This document shows positions 1-11,016 of a DNA stretch of 64,000 nt, in pieces (position 1 is the first letter of the stretch; every line of letters begins with the position of its first letter). Origin of the DNA: an uncultured Gammaproteobacteria bacterium (GTDB taxonomy: Bacteria > Patescibacteriota > Patescibacteriia > Magasanikbacterales > JBBTQS01); assembly GCA_964627055.1 (NCBI GenBank), contig CAZVGV010000001.1:19620-83619 (forward strand). Direction: 5' to 3'. Both the position numbers and the translations under genes were made by a program. Below the pieces are notes generated by a model. The model was given only the letters and a program-made list of their open reading frames with translations, was not told the DNA's origin and ran no database searches.

Positions 1-42
1 AACGCCGCCTGCTGCTGAGACGTGACAACCGATATATGACAT
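1..42 (-). CDS. nfo: Endonuclease IV (AP endonuclease), N-terminal fragment running off the window
   Basis: Reverse strand from ATG at 42 reads MSYIGCHVSAAGGV, matching the IGxHVSxAGG N-terminal motif of endonuclease IV; only 14 codons visible. Confidence 0.75.
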   Translation of the reverse strand, partial: MSYIGCHVSAAGGV

Positions 43-112
43 ATGGAGAGAGTATAGCGTGTAGTGGGAAAAAAGGAACAGGTGTTAGTGTATAGTGCTA
101 TACTGTTGGTGT

Positions 113-685
113 ATGAATAAAGTTTTTGCATTGTCGACTTTACTCTGCCTTGTGGCAGTCGGTGTTGTTTGCTCATATGTATTTGGCATTCCACGTGTAG
201 CTGATGGGGTGGTTGAACCAGATGAGACTGCGCAGATTCGCTACGAAGCCCAAGCGCTGGCAGCGGCGGGTGAGCCTGCTCGCACTGTTTTCGATGAGGA
301 GACAGAGGAAACGTATGTGTCATTTGTTGTGCCAGCTGGAGAGCAGCGCATGGAGCTTACTGAGGAAGCAGCAAGCTTCAAGCGTGGTGGTGGCGATGAT
401 TCTGAAATGATCATGTTTGCCGACGTGAACTTCGACGGTGTACTGGATGTGGGAGTGCTCACATCGATTGGGTATATGGGTGTGAATTTGTTTCATACGT
501 ACTACACATTCAACAATATGACCAAGCAGTACGAGGAAGTGCCTGATCTAGGTGAAGTACCATATGGTGTGGAGATTGATGCGGCCACGAGAACAATGGT
601 TGCTCGCATGAAGGACGGTCCGACATGGGTAGAGGAGATCATTACCTACGATGGAACGACCTATACGCGTACTCGCTCTAAGTAA
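113..685 (+). CDS. Membrane-anchored hypothetical protein with a DxNFDG loop (XAC2610-like/FG-GAP-like)
   Basis: N-terminal hydrophobic segment; FADVNFDGVLDV motif; ATG at 113 preferred over GTG at 95. Confidence 0.6.
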   Translation: MNKVFALSTLLCLVAVGVVCSYVFGIPRVADGVVEPDETAQIRYEAQALAAAGEPARTVFDEETEETYVSFVVPAGEQRMELTEEAASFKRGGGDDSEMIMFADVNFDGVLDVGVLTSIGYMGVNLFHTYYTFNNMTKQYEEVPDLGEVPYGVEIDAATRTMVARMKDGPTWVEEIITYDGTTYTRTRSK

Positions 686-693
686 TGAACAGA

Positions 694-733
694 AAAGAAA
701 TACCCCGGGCACACGTGCGCGGGGTATTTCTTT
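694..733. terminator. Bidirectional intrinsic terminator
   Basis: AAAGAAATACCCCG...CGGGGTATTTCTTT inverted repeat between convergent genes. Confidence 0.8.
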
Positions 734-749
734 CGATGACTCGGCTTTC

Positions 750-2030
750 TTACTTAATCAGTTTTTCTTTGAGCTCGCGCAATGCCTTGCGGTTGCGTAG
801 CATTCCTGCGAGTGACTCGCGCGTGTCGACGGTGTCGAGTTGTGCGAGGATTTCCTTGTCGTTCTTGTAGTGCTCTTTCATGTTGTCGATCTCCTTCTGT
901 ACTTCGGCAGCGTCGACGTCGATCTTTTCGCGCTCAATGTATGCGCGCAACGCGAGTGTAGACTTCACACGCTTCTCCGCTTGCTCTGCATAGCCTGCAC
1001 CGAATTCCTCGGCAGTCTTGTTCACGGATGCGAGGTAATCTTCCATGGTAAGGCCCTGAGACTCTACGCGCTGCTTGAGCTCGCCGAAGATGCGGCGCTT
1101 CTCTGCATCGAGGAGTACCTCTGGGATCTCGTCGAACTTGGACTTCGCGATGATCTGCTCGAGAAGTTCAGATTCCTGACGTTCTTCTTCCTTCTGCGTT
1201 GCTTCGGTCTGCAAGTTGGTCTTGAGAAGCTCGCGCAATTTCTCCATCGACTCCTGGCCAAATCCCTTCGCAAACTCTTCATTCAACTCTGGGAACTGGC
1301 GCTCGAACACATCCTTCACCTTCACGGAGAACTGTACGTCCTTACCAGCGAGGTGCTTCTGGTAGTGTTCCTTGGGGAAGGTGAGAGTGAATTTCTTTTC
1401 GTCATCTTTCTTGAGGCCGAGGAGTTCTGCAGGAAGACCTGGAACATAGTAGTCCTCGCTCAAGTACACGCCATGGTCCTTGGTCTGACCACCTTCTACC
1501 GGCACGTTGTCGACGGAGAGCTCCATGTCTACAACGACCTTATCCTCCTTGCCTGCAGCGCCAGCCTTCGCAACTTCAGTACCGCGCATTTTGCGAAGCG
1601 ACTCCATGGTTTCGTCGACTTGCTTGTCTTCGACAGTTGCGTCTTTCTTCTCAACCTTGATTTTCGAAAGGTCTGGGAGCTCAACATTTGGAAGTACAGC
1701 AACCGTTGCAGTGAACTCGCAGTTGTTGCCTGGGGCGAGCTTCTTCACATTCACCTGTGGCATGCCAATGGTCTTGAGGTTCTTCTCCTTCACGGCTGCG
1801 TAGTAGCTGCTCTGCACCGCACGCTCAAGTGAGGCTTCGTAGATTGCCATTTCGCCGACCTCTGCCTTTACCTTCTCGTATGGCGCATGACCACGGCGGA
1901 ATCCCTTGATATCACGGTGTTCTGAAATGTGCTTTGCAGCGCGTTCAACGTGGGGGCGCATTTCGGCGTCCGTGAGTGTAACGGTGATTTCAACTTGCGA
2001 CTTTGGGAGATTTTTTACCTCAATTTGCAT
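750..2030 (-). CDS. tig: Trigger factor
   Basis: MQIEVKNL start, GFRRGHAP ribosome-binding signature, FKBP-like middle domain. Confidence 0.96.
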   Translation of the reverse strand: MQIEVKNLPKSQVEITVTLTDAEMRPHVERAAKHISEHRDIKGFRRGHAPYEKVKAEVGEMAIYEASLERAVQSSYYAAVKEKNLKTIGMPQVNVKKLAPGNNCEFTATVAVLPNVELPDLSKIKVEKKDATVEDKQVDETMESLRKMRGTEVAKAGAAGKEDKVVVDMELSVDNVPVEGGQTKDHGVYLSEDYYVPGLPAELLGLKKDDEKKFTLTFPKEHYQKHLAGKDVQFSVKVKDVFERQFPELNEEFAKGFGQESMEKLRELLKTNLQTEATQKEEERQESELLEQIIAKSKFDEIPEVLLDAEKRRIFGELKQRVESQGLTMEDYLASVNKTAEEFGAGYAEQAEKRVKSTLALRAYIEREKIDVDAAEVQKEIDNMKEHYKNDKEILAQLDTVDTRESLAGMLRNRKALRELKEKLIK

Positions 2031-2057
2031 AGCATTCCATGAATAGATAACGCGGTA

Positions 2058-2122
2058 AGTGTAGAAAATATTAGCAAAAACGTCAATGTTTTCATTGACA
2101 TATTCGGTAATCTGATTAAAAT
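2058..2122. promoter_or_regulatory. Divergent sigma70 promoters (tig and orphan ORF)
   Basis: Minus strand TTGACG-17-TACACT; plus strand TTGACA-16-TAAAAT; the -35 boxes are back-to-back, 8 bp apart. Confidence 0.65.
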
Positions 2123-2173
2123 GGCCAGACGCGAGCTCCAACAACACATCTGCTCGCGTTCGGAGGGTTACTC

Positions 2174-2530
2174 GTGAAGCATGAATTCCGGATCGTACTT
2201 CCTAAGGAGGTGACCAAACCCAGAGTGGAGGACGTCACGAATGCTCGGCTCGTCCTTCTCCGCGATGGGAGGCAAATCGCGCACGAATCGTTTTCAACCG
2301 AAGGAGAGATGCCTCGCGCGAACCTTACGAGGTGGATGACTGACATGGTGCCTCCGGGTGAGCATGTGCATCTGATGGATCAGGTCTATCGGGAGTTCGT
2401 TCAACTCTTTGCACAAACGGAGGCGAACGGCGTCAGCATGGAGCTGTCCAATGGTGTGCTCAAGTTGCGCCCCATCGTCTGTGCTCGGCAGCCGAACGAG
2501 GCGAGTAATCACCCTGACCACATCGACTGA
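2174..2530 (+). CDS. Hypothetical protein (orphan cassette)
   Basis: 118-aa ORF with GGAGG SD, own promoter and downstream terminator. Confidence 0.65.
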   Translation: MKHEFRIVLPKEVTKPRVEDVTNARLVLLRDGRQIAHESFSTEGEMPRANLTRWMTDMVPPGEHVHLMDQVYREFVQLFAQTEANGVSMELSNGVLKLRPIVCARQPNEASNHPDHID

Positions 2531-2537
2531 CAACAAC

Positions 2538-2584
2538 ACAAACGAAAAACCGACGTCCCGGAGGCACGTCGGTTTTTCGTTTGT
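2538..2584. terminator. Bidirectional intrinsic terminator
   Basis: ACAAACGAAAAACCGACGT...ACGTCGGTTTTTCGTTTGT 19-bp inverted repeat. Confidence 0.85.
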
Positions 2585-2597
2585 CCAAGTGAGTTGC

Positions 2598-4595
2598 TTA
2601 CACCAACATCGAGACGATGAGCAGAGCGACGATGTTGAGAATCTTGATCATTGGGTTCACAGCTGGACCAGCAGTGTCCTTGTATGGGTCACCAACAGTG
2701 TCACCAGTAACAGCTGCTTGGTGCGCGATCGAACCCTTGCCGCCGTAGTTACCCTGTTCGATGAACTTCTTCGCGTTGTCCCAAGCGCCACCACCAGAGG
2801 TCATGGAGATTGCAACAAAGAGACCTGTTACGATCGAACCAACAAGGAGGCCACCAAGTGCTTCAGGTCCAAGCAAGAAACCAACAACGATTGGCACTAC
2901 TACTGGAATAAGAGCTGGGACAACCATTTCAGAGATTGCGCCCTTCGTAACAATGTCTACTGTACGTGCGTAGTCAGGCTTCGCCTTACCTTCCATGATG
3001 CCTGCGATTTCGCGGAACTGGCGTCGTACTTCCTCAACAACCTTACCAGCAACCTTACCTACAGCCTGCATTGCGTATGCTGCAAAGAGGTATGGGAGGA
3101 GTCCACCCAAGAACAAACCAACGAGTACGTATGGGTCACCGAGCTCGAACGAAAGTTCGTGTCCGAGATTTGCGAACTCTTGGGTGTATGCAGCAAAGAG
3201 AACGATTGAAGCAAGACCTGCAGATGCAATTGCGTAGCCCTTCGTAACTGCCTTGGTTGTGTTACCAACAGCGTCGAGAGGGTCTGTAATGTTGCGAACT
3301 GACTCATCGAGCTCAGCCATTTCTGCAATACCACCAGCGTTGTCTGTGATAGGGCCGTATGCATCAATTGCAATCACGATGCCTGCCATAGAGAGCATGG
3401 ACATAGCGGCAATTGCAACACCATAGATACCTTCAAGTTGGAATGCCCCAAGGATACCAGCGGCGATCACGATTACTGGAAGTGCTGTCGCCTTCATGGA
3501 TACCGCAAGACCAGTGATCACGTTCGTGCCATGACCAGTTTCGCTTGCCTTTGCGATAGAGCGAACTGGCTCATACTTGGTCGAGGTGTAGTACTCAGTG
3601 ATTACTACCATGAGTGCAGTCACCACAAGACCAATGAGCGCTGCGCCGTACATGCTTCCTGTGCTATTTGGGAAGAAGTGCGCTGTTGCTGGGTAGAAGA
3701 GAATTGCTGCGAGAAGGCCAGAAACTCCAAGGCCCTTGTACAGTGCATTCATGATGTTCTTCGAAGGACCAAGCTTGAAGAAGAACGTGCCAACAATCGA
3801 TGTAAGAATTGAGATTGCACCGAGGAAAAGTGGGAATACTACTGCAGCCTCACCACCTGCCTTGAATACGATTGATGCGAGAAGCATCGCGGATACTGAA
3901 GTAACCGCGTAGGTTTCGAACAAGTCTGCTGCCATACCTGCACAATCACCAACGTTGTCACCAACGTTGTCGGCGATTACTGCAGGGTTGCGTGGGTCAT
4001 CTTCTGGGATACCTTTTTCAACTTTACCTACGAGGTCTGCGCCCACATCAGCTGCCTTGGTGTAAATACCACCACCCAAGCGAGCGAACACGGAGATAAG
4101 TGATCCACCAAATCCGAGACCAACAAGCGCAGTCGTATCACGGGTGATCCAGTAGAAAACAGTCACACCGAGAAGCGCGAGACCAACAACGAGCAAACCA
4201 GTCACAGAGCCGCCCTTTACAGCGACGTCGAGTGCCTGTTGCATGCCAGACTTTGCCGCTTCAGTTGTGCGGACGTTTGCGCGTACCGACACAATCATGC
4301 CGATGACTCCGGCGATAGCGGAGAGTACAGCTCCAACGAGGAAGCCGAAGGCAACGCTCCAACCTAGTGAGCTAATACCCACGAGAATAAACACGACAAG
4401 ACCGATCCATGCGACCGTCTTATACTGGCGAACCATATAGGCGTTAGCGCCTTCTTGGATCGCACGTGCGATCGCCATCATTTTTTCGCTACCGGTTGGG
4501 CGCTGCATAACCCAGCGCGCGAGCCACAATCCATACGCGATTGCGACCAGGGACGCGACGAGCGCTGCCCACAAGTACATTGATACGTCTTGCAT
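2598..4595 (-). CDS. hppA: Membrane-bound ion-translocating pyrophosphatase, K+-independent (probably H+-pumping) type
   Basis: [20 protein letters not shown] and [10 protein letters not shown] motifs; GNTTKA has Lys at the K+-dependence position. Confidence 0.95.
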   Translation of the reverse strand: MQDVSMYLWAALVASLVAIAYGLWLARWVMQRPTGSEKMMAIARAIQEGANAYMVRQYKTVAWIGLVVFILVGISSLGWSVAFGFLVGAVLSAIAGVIGMIVSVRANVRTTEAAKSGMQQALDVAVKGGSVTGLLVVGLALLGVTVFYWITRDTTALVGLGFGGSLISVFARLGGGIYTKAADVGADLVGKVEKGIPEDDPRNPAVIADNVGDNVGDCAGMAADLFETYAVTSVSAMLLASIVFKAGGEAAVVFPLFLGAISILTSIVGTFFFKLGPSKNIMNALYKGLGVSGLLAAILFYPATAHFFPNSTGSMYGAALIGLVVTALMVVITEYYTSTKYEPVRSIAKASETGHGTNVITGLAVSMKATALPVIVIAAGILGAFQLEGIYGVAIAAMSMLSMAGIVIAIDAYGPITDNAGGIAEMAELDESVRNITDPLDAVGNTTKAVTKGYAIASAGLASIVLFAAYTQEFANLGHELSFELGDPYVLVGLFLGGLLPYLFAAYAMQAVGKVAGKVVEEVRRQFREIAGIMEGKAKPDYARTVDIVTKGAISEMVVPALIPVVVPIVVGFLLGPEALGGLLVGSIVTGLFVAISMTSGGGAWDNAKKFIEQGNYGGKGSIAHQAAVTGDTVGDPYKDTAGPAVNPMIKILNIVALLIVSMLV

Positions 4596-4783
4596 AAATA
4601 AGGACGTGAGTAAACGCATTAAAAACTAGCGTTACTGTAAGGCAATTCCGATCAAACGTCAATAAATATCGAGAACCCCGCCGGCAGTACTGCTAGCGGG
4701 GCTCAAATCGTTCGAACCATGTGAAATCTTTCTCGGCTTGCGGCTATGCGCCGGGCCGGGGTGGGAGAGGTGCTGGCGCAGCC

Positions 4784-5443
4784 TCAGTAGACTCGGGTGT
4801 CCGCGAGGAGCGGTTGCGCCTGACGGAGAACTGCGTCGCCGGGACGGCTGTCTGGCTTCGGGAAGTCCCGGACCAGAACTTGGCATCGTAACGCGAGCGC
4901 GATGTACGGGCGTGTTGCCTGCGCATCGAACTCTGGCCGATTGCTCAAGTACGACCAGTCGTCGAGCATCGGTAGAACGATGCGCTGACATGCGCGTACC
5001 AGCCGATGCAGGTCGTCTGGAGCACCACCGGAACGCATCATGATCGTGAAGGCGTCCGTGATGATCGGTGTCTTTGTCGCGAGATTCGCAGCGAAGTCGC
5101 ACTGGGAGATGTCCTGAGTGCCAGGAATCGCCGTGATGAGCCCAGAAGGCTGGTATGCGTACTCGCGACACGCTTGGAACGAGCGCCACCGCTCGGTGTT
5201 GGAAGGAACCCAGTCACCGCCAATCGCAGTGATCGTGGGCTCTTCCGTGCGAGACTCAGCAGGCTTGACCTTCGCCGGCTTCGGCTGATCCTCGAGCTTC
5301 GGCCGCTCCGATTCTTGCGGCCACCAGAAGTAGAACGCGATGATCAGCAACGCGCCGATCAGCGCAAACAGCAGTGCCTTGGTAAACGTTACTTCCTCGT
5401 GTTGAGGGCCTCCTGCCCCAATGTGCGAGACCATGGAACACAC
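4784..5443 (-). CDS. Hypothetical single-pass membrane protein (start uncertain)
   Basis: 219-aa ORF with one hydrophobic helix (ALLFALIGALLIIAFYFWW); upstream TTGACA-17-GATATT. Confidence 0.6.
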   Translation of the reverse strand: MCSMVSHIGAGGPQHEEVTFTKALLFALIGALLIIAFYFWWPQESERPKLEDQPKPAKVKPAESRTEEPTITAIGGDWVPSNTERWRSFQACREYAYQPSGLITAIPGTQDISQCDFAANLATKTPIITDAFTIMMRSGGAPDDLHRLVRACQRIVLPMLDDWSYLSNRPEFDAQATRPYIALALRCQVLVRDFPKPDSRPGDAVLRQAQPLLADTRVY

Positions 5444-5600
5444 ATCCTTGGGCGCGGTGGTTGTTTGATCCGCCCCGAGGCCGCTCCTTTACGGCTTCGG
5501 GATGGACCAACAGACGCCACAATATCCCATAGTGTACCACAATTGTCAAGCTGTGGCTGGTCACAATGAGTCTGGTACGGTATAGTTGGTAGAGCTTTAT

Positions 5601-7055
5601 ATGAAGAGATTCATATACAAGCTCCATCTAGAGTTCCTCAAACTACTTGTAGAAACAAAGCGTTTTTTTGTAGCAGTGGGGCGCTGGAGCTGGGGAAAGG
5701 TGCGTAAGTACACACGGATAACAGCCCGGGTGTTGCTTTTTGGCGTATACAAGTCGTATGTCTCTTGGCGCATGCGGCTTGAGAGTAATCTTGAGACCAC
5801 CCAGGAACGAGTGTATCTCGTGACCAGTAACAAATTTTTTATCATGGGTGTGGCGTCTGTGACTGTACTGCTCATTGGCTTGCCGCACATGAGATTTATT
5901 ACGCCCCCGGCGTATGGCGCCGGGTCAACAAGTCTGTTGTTAGCAATTGTGGGACCCAGTGATGAAGAATCAGCGTACGAGGAAGAGACAGCAGACGCAT
6001 ATGATACGAGTACTCCTGTTGAATATGGATACGGAGCTCAACCTAATGACGCTCATCTTCCGAATGAGGAATATGGCATTGATTATGATCTGGGGTATGA
6101 CAGCGCTAGTGTCTACGCACCAGTGGTAGCACCGGGTGGCACATTACTTCCTTCTGGTTCAGTTGCGACAACGGTACAACCAACGGCACCGTCTCAGGGA
6201 TTTGAAATTAAGAAATACACGGTCGAGAGTGGTGATACGATTTCGAGTATTGCCAAGAAGTTTGGTATTACTCAACAAACAGTCATGGGCGAGAACTCCC
6301 TCACCTCCCGGTCTACATTGCGGGTAGGTCAGGTGCTTACGATTTTGCCAGTTGATGGTGTTGTACACACGGTGAAGCGTGGGGACACGTTGGCAGCAAT
6401 CGCGCGTCAATACGGACTCAAGGCGACTGATGAATTACAGCGTGTAAACCAGCTGAACAGCAGGAGTACGCTTTCGATTGGTCAGTCATTGGTTGTTCCT
6501 GGTGGTGTGAGAACGGTTGCAGTTGCACCAAAGCCTGTGGCAAATGCTGGTTCGAGCGCGAACACCAAGCTACCTCCTCCTGTTACTGGTACGTATGTTC
6601 CAACAAATTCTGGTGAGGATCATACAGATGAATATTACGGTCCAGCCAAATTCCGCAACCAGGCGAAACCAGCGCCAAGTCCGAATGCAAATGCAGCTGG
6701 CATGATTTGGCCAACAACAAGCAAGCGCATCAACCAGTATTTCAGTGGACGCCATTCCGGTCTTGATGTGCATGGATACTATGATAGTCCGTTGTACGCA
6801 TCAGATGATGGTGTGGTGAAGGTGGCAAACTGGCGCACGAATGGATATGGGTTCGGCGTCGACATTGATCATGAAAACGGCATTGTCACTCGATATGGTC
6901 ACGCAAGTCGTCTTTTCGTTCACATTGGTCAGCGCGTGAAGAAGGGTGATGTTATCGGATTTATTGGAACAACAGGTAAATCAACAGGCCCTCACTTGCA
7001 CTTTGAGGTTATTGTGCGCGGCGTGCGCGTGAACCCGTTCACGTATACGCGTTAA
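5601..7055 (+). CDS. LysM-domain M23 family metallopeptidase
   Basis: Two LysM repeats (YTVESGDTISSIA, HTVKRGDTLAAIA); M23 motifs HSGLD and STGPHLHFEV. Confidence 0.93.
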   Translation: MKRFIYKLHLEFLKLLVETKRFFVAVGRWSWGKVRKYTRITARVLLFGVYKSYVSWRMRLESNLETTQERVYLVTSNKFFIMGVASVTVLLIGLPHMRFITPPAYGAGSTSLLLAIVGPSDEESAYEEETADAYDTSTPVEYGYGAQPNDAHLPNEEYGIDYDLGYDSASVYAPVVAPGGTLLPSGSVATTVQPTAPSQGFEIKKYTVESGDTISSIAKKFGITQQTVMGENSLTSRSTLRVGQVLTILPVDGVVHTVKRGDTLAAIARQYGLKATDELQRVNQLNSRSTLSIGQSLVVPGGVRTVAVAPKPVANAGSSANTKLPPPVTGTYVPTNSGEDHTDEYYGPAKFRNQAKPAPSPNANAAGMIWPTTSKRINQYFSGRHSGLDVHGYYDSPLYASDDGVVKVANWRTNGYGFGVDIDHENGIVTRYGHASRLFVHIGQRVKKGDVIGFIGTTGKSTGPHLHFEVIVRGVRVNPFTYTR

Positions 7056-8518
7056 GTGATGGTATTGGGCATTCGTAGTTGCACAGCTTCGAGCATGTGC
7101 TCTTCAGTAATATCTGGTGATGCTGCTAGGTCAGCAATGGTCCGGGCGATACGCATGATGCGATAATGCGCGCGAAATGAAAGATGGAACATGTCTGTCG
7201 TACGATCAAGAAGTATTTGTGCAGCAGGGGTAGTCGCAGCGCGATCAGATCGCATTGCGCGAAAAGCTCGAGCAGCAGATACGCGTTCACGGACACACTG
7301 ACTAGATTCTGACTCCTGTACACGGTTCTGAGAATGCAGCCGGACCACGCGCACGTGCATGTCGAAGCGATCAAGGAGCGGCCCAGAAATTTTTTTTCTG
7401 TACGCATCAATGCGTGCGGCCGAACAGGTGCACGCAGTGTCCGGATCATCGGCGTACCCACACGGGCAAGGGTTTTGCGCGGCAATCACCATACACGCCG
7501 CAGGATACGTGCGTGTAGTATGTGAGCGGGCGATTGTGATGGTGCCATCCTCCATGGGCTGACGTAGGACTTCAAGTACGTTGCGATTGAATTCGGGTAG
7601 CTCATCGAGGAACAAAACGCCGCGGTGCGCAAGTGCAATCTCGCCAGGGCGTAGATGTTGTCCGCCGCCCAAGAGTGCCGCAGTAGACGCGCTGTGGTGC
7701 GGTGCGCGGAACGGTGGTTGTGTGATAATTGGCGCCTCTTGGGAAGTGAGACCAGCAAGAGCGTGGAGTTGGGTGACTTCAAGTGCTTCGTCGTGTGAGA
7801 GAGGGGGGAGAACCGTCGCTAGAGCGCGCACCAGTGTGGTTTTGCCGGTGCCGGGTGGACCGCTCATAAACAGGTTGTGCTTGCCGACTGCAGCAATCTC
7901 GAGCGCGCGTTTTGCTGTATATTGTCCGTGGATCATTGAGATGTCCAAGCTGGGGGTGTATAGGTTCGGCTGGGGAGGGGTGTGAGGAATGGGGGAGATC
8001 GTTCGCTTTCCTGCAAGGTGTTCCATCAATTGACCTATTCCAGACACTGGCAAGATGCTCATATCTGGAATGTAGGCTGCTTCTGTGCGGTTTGCTGCTG
8101 GGATATAGGCTGTGTGGATTCCTTGTGCCCGTGCCCCGATGAGGGCAGGAAGAATGCCGTCGGTGTACCGTGTCGACCCGTCAAGTGCGAGTTCTCCAAG
8201 AAAAATAGAATCTCCCGTGTCTCGATAGGGTATTCCCATAGCTGGAAGCAGAATACTAACGGCTATAGGTAGATCATAGAGGGGGCCAGCCTTGCGAATA
8301 GTTGCAGGAGCAAGGTTCACGGTGATTCGGTATGTTGAAGGAAAAGGAAGGTCAGCATTTTTGCATGCAGATCTGATACGTTCTTTGGCTTCCTGCACGC
8401 CTGTGTCGGCAAGTCCAACGATTGTGAAGCCGGGGAATCCTCCTCTGAGGTCTGTTTCGACTGTAATTTTAGTTACAACAAGACCAGTATTTGCAACGGT
8501 GGTGGTTCGAGAGATCAT
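7052..8518 (-). CDS. comM: YifB/ComM Mg-chelatase-like AAA ATPase
   Basis: IVGLADTGVQEAKERIRSA, GPPGTGKT, FRAPHHSAS, LFLDELPEF, NPCPCG. Confidence 0.93.
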   Translation of the reverse strand: MISRTTTVANTGLVVTKITVETDLRGGFPGFTIVGLADTGVQEAKERIRSACKNADLPFPSTYRITVNLAPATIRKAGPLYDLPIAVSILLPAMGIPYRDTGDSIFLGELALDGSTRYTDGILPALIGARAQGIHTAYIPAANRTEAAYIPDMSILPVSGIGQLMEHLAGKRTISPIPHTPPQPNLYTPSLDISMIHGQYTAKRALEIAAVGKHNLFMSGPPGTGKTTLVRALATVLPPLSHDEALEVTQLHALAGLTSQEAPIITQPPFRAPHHSASTAALLGGGQHLRPGEIALAHRGVLFLDELPEFNRNVLEVLRQPMEDGTITIARSHTTRTYPAACMVIAAQNPCPCGYADDPDTACTCSAARIDAYRKKISGPLLDRFDMHVRVVRLHSQNRVQESESSQCVRERVSAARAFRAMRSDRAATTPAAQILLDRTTDMFHLSFRAHYRIMRIARTIADLAASPDITEEHMLEAVQLRMPNTIT

Positions 8519-8593
8519 ACGGTGCGGCGCTCTTGCGCCCTTAAGAATAGTGTGGTAGTGTACAGCAACAGTAAGGATTTTGGCTATACATCT

Positions 8594-9067
8594 ATGCAGA
8601 CATACGAAGTATTGGTTGTGCTTCCAGGTACGCTTACAGCTGAAGAAGTACAGGCAAAACAGCAAGAAATTACAAAGCTCTGCACCGAACACGGGGCTGA
8701 GCATGTTCATGTCAATGACATGGGCAAGCATCGCCTCGCGTACGAAATCCGCAAGGCTCGCTTCGGCTGGTTCACACAGGTTGTGTTGCAGCTTGAGCCT
8801 GCTCGTGTGAAGGAAGTACAGATGGTATTGCAGCGTTCATCGGGCTTGTTGCGCTTTGCAATCCGTTCGATTACGCCAGAGACCAAGCGCGAGTTCTCGT
8901 TCTTTACTGGATTGTTCTCCGAAACAGGGGACAAGCGCACACAGGGTACAACCACTTCCACCTTTAATCAGAAGGTAGAAGCGGCTCCAGCACCTGTAAA
9001 CATGGAAGAATTGGACAAGAAACTTGAAGATATCATCAAAGGCGAGACGGTGAACGAAAAACTCTAA
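8594..9067 (+). CDS. rpsF: 30S ribosomal protein S6 with C-terminal extension
   Basis: YEVLVVL...MGKHRLAYEI motif; first gene of rpsF-ssb-rpsR. Confidence 0.92.
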   Translation: MQTYEVLVVLPGTLTAEEVQAKQQEITKLCTEHGAEHVHVNDMGKHRLAYEIRKARFGWFTQVVLQLEPARVKEVQMVLQRSSGLLRFAIRSITPETKREFSFFTGLFSETGDKRTQGTTTSTFNQKVEAAPAPVNMEELDKKLEDIIKGETVNEKL

Positions 9068-9079
9068 TTCGAATCACCT

Positions 9080-9547
9080 ATGGATCTCAACAAGGTCATG
9101 CTCCTCGGACGCCTTACCCGCGACCCTGAGGTGCGAACGACCACGAGCGGCACGATGGTAGCGACACTTGGGCTAGCGACGAACTCATCCTATAAGGATA
9201 GCTCGGGGCAGCGTCAGGAGAAGGCCGAGTACCACGATGTCGTAGTCTGGAGTAAATTGGCAGAAATTGCTCAGCAATATCTGTCCAAGGGACGCCGAGT
9301 GTTCGTGGAAGGTCGCTTGCAGACTCGAGACTGGACAGGAACAGATGGGGTACGCAAGTTCAAGACCGAAATTGTTGCAGAGAACCTCATCATGCTTGAC
9401 GGACCTAAGGGAAATGAGGCAGGATATAGCGCAGCAGGAAATTCTGGTGCGTCACGACCTGCAGGACAACCCCCACGCCCGGCTCAAGCAGCATCAGCTG
9501 CACCGGTAGATGAAGAAGAAATTCGCGTTGAAGACATCCCATTCTAA
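9080..9547 (+). CDS. ssb: Single-stranded DNA-binding protein
   Basis: LNKVMLLGRLTRDPE; acidic C-terminal EDIPF. Confidence 0.97.
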   Translation: MDLNKVMLLGRLTRDPEVRTTTSGTMVATLGLATNSSYKDSSGQRQEKAEYHDVVVWSKLAEIAQQYLSKGRRVFVEGRLQTRDWTGTDGVRKFKTEIVAENLIMLDGPKGNEAGYSAAGNSGASRPAGQPPRPAQAASAAPVDEEEIRVEDIPF

Positions 9548-9553
9548 AGGCAT

Positions 9554-9778
9554 ATGCCAAAGCAAAAATCGACAAAACAGAAAATGTGCTACTTCTGCGT
9601 GAATAACAACACTGCAGTTGACTACACAGCGACCAACACCTTGCGCCGTTTCCTTTCTTCATACATGAAGATTGCTCCACGTCGCCGTTCTGGTCTCTGT
9701 GCTCTTCATCAGCGCAAGGTTGCAACCGCAGTAAAGCAGGCTCGCCAGATGTCGATTTTGCCTTACATGCCTCAGTAA
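9554..9778 (+). CDS. rpsR: 30S ribosomal protein S18 (Zn-binding form)
   Basis: CYFC...KIAPRRRSGLCALHQR...ARQMSILPY. Confidence 0.95.
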   Translation: MPKQKSTKQKMCYFCVNNNTAVDYTATNTLRRFLSSYMKIAPRRRSGLCALHQRKVATAVKQARQMSILPYMPQ

Positions 9779-9807
9779 GAGCTGGATTCATCTCGTAATA
9801 AACACAA

Positions 9808-9841
9808 AACAAACAGACCCCGGCAACGGGGTCTGTTTGTT
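9808..9841. terminator. Bidirectional intrinsic terminator
   Basis: AACAAACAGACCCCG-GCAA-CGGGGTCTGTTTGTT. Confidence 0.85.
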
Positions 9842-9869
9842 ACGCCAATAGGAGATAGTACGTAAAGCT

Positions 9870-10946
9870 CTAGGCCTCCTCCTCCTCAGGAGTTTCTTCA
9901 ATATCAGCAGCAGCTGCAAAGCGTGTGGTGACAGTACCCGCTTCACGCTCCTGGCGGACTTTCTCGAGGACTTGCTTGCGTGCTTCCTGGATGATAGATG
10001 GATTCTCATTGAGGAACTGCTTTGCCTTTTCACGGCCAAGGCCAAGCTTCACTTCACCATAGGCATAGCTGTTACCCATCTTGGTGATGACCTTATATTC
10101 TGTACCAGTATCGAGCAAGTCACCTGCGATGGAGATACCTTCGTTATACATGATATCGAATTCAGTCGTCATGAACGGCGCAGCAACTTTGTTCTTCACG
10201 ATTTTCGCCTTCACGCGGTTACCGATAATCTTCTCGCCCTGCTTGATCTGCGCACTGCGTCGCACCTCGATGCGCTGTGACGCATAGAACTTGAGCGCGG
10301 TACCACCGGTGGTAGTCTCTGGGTTGCCGTAGAAGACGCCAATCTTGAGACGGGTTTGGTTGATGAAGATACAAATGGTCTTGCTTTTGTTCACGATACC
10401 TGCGAGTTTGCGCAATGCCTGAGACATGAGACGAGCCTGAAGACCTACATGCTGATCGCCCATATCACCCTCAATTTCCGCCTTTGGTACAAGGGCAGCT
10501 ACAGAGTCGACAACGATTACATCCACTGCATTGGAGCGAACGAGTGTTTCGACGATATCGAGGGCTTGTTCTCCGGTATCTGGTTGAGAAATGAGGAGCT
10601 GATCGACATTCACTCCAATGCGACGTGCATAGTCAGGATCAAGCGCGTGTTCTGCATCAACAAAAGCTGCGATACCGCCTGCCTTCTGTACTTCAGCCAC
10701 AATATGCTGCGCAAGCGTGGTCTTACCAGACGCTTCAGGACCATAAATCTCGATAATTCGACCGCGTGGGACGCCACCAACACCAAGTGCAATATCGAGG
10801 GATAAACATCCGGTTGAAACGGCATCAACCTCAGAGTGCTTGGCTTCACCGAAGCGCATAATTGCGCCGTCGCCGAATCGCTCCTTGATTTGCTCGATGG
10901 CGAGCTCTGCAGCCTGGTTCTTTTCATTCACTTCATTCTTTGCCAT
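9870..10946 (-). CDS. recA: Recombinase A
   Basis: GPEASGKTT Walker [28 protein letters not shown]. Confidence 0.98.
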   Translation of the reverse strand: MAKNEVNEKNQAAELAIEQIKERFGDGAIMRFGEAKHSEVDAVSTGCLSLDIALGVGGVPRGRIIEIYGPEASGKTTLAQHIVAEVQKAGGIAAFVDAEHALDPDYARRIGVNVDQLLISQPDTGEQALDIVETLVRSNAVDVIVVDSVAALVPKAEIEGDMGDQHVGLQARLMSQALRKLAGIVNKSKTICIFINQTRLKIGVFYGNPETTTGGTALKFYASQRIEVRRSAQIKQGEKIIGNRVKAKIVKNKVAAPFMTTEFDIMYNEGISIAGDLLDTGTEYKVITKMGNSYAYGEVKLGLGREKAKQFLNENPSIIQEARKQVLEKVRQEREAGTVTTRFAAAADIEETPEEEEA

Positions 10947-11016
10947 ACAGCTGAAACTAAATAATGAGGGCGCCAAATCCCTCCGTTCTTCGGCGCTAGA
11001 TTCATTGTAGTCTGTG

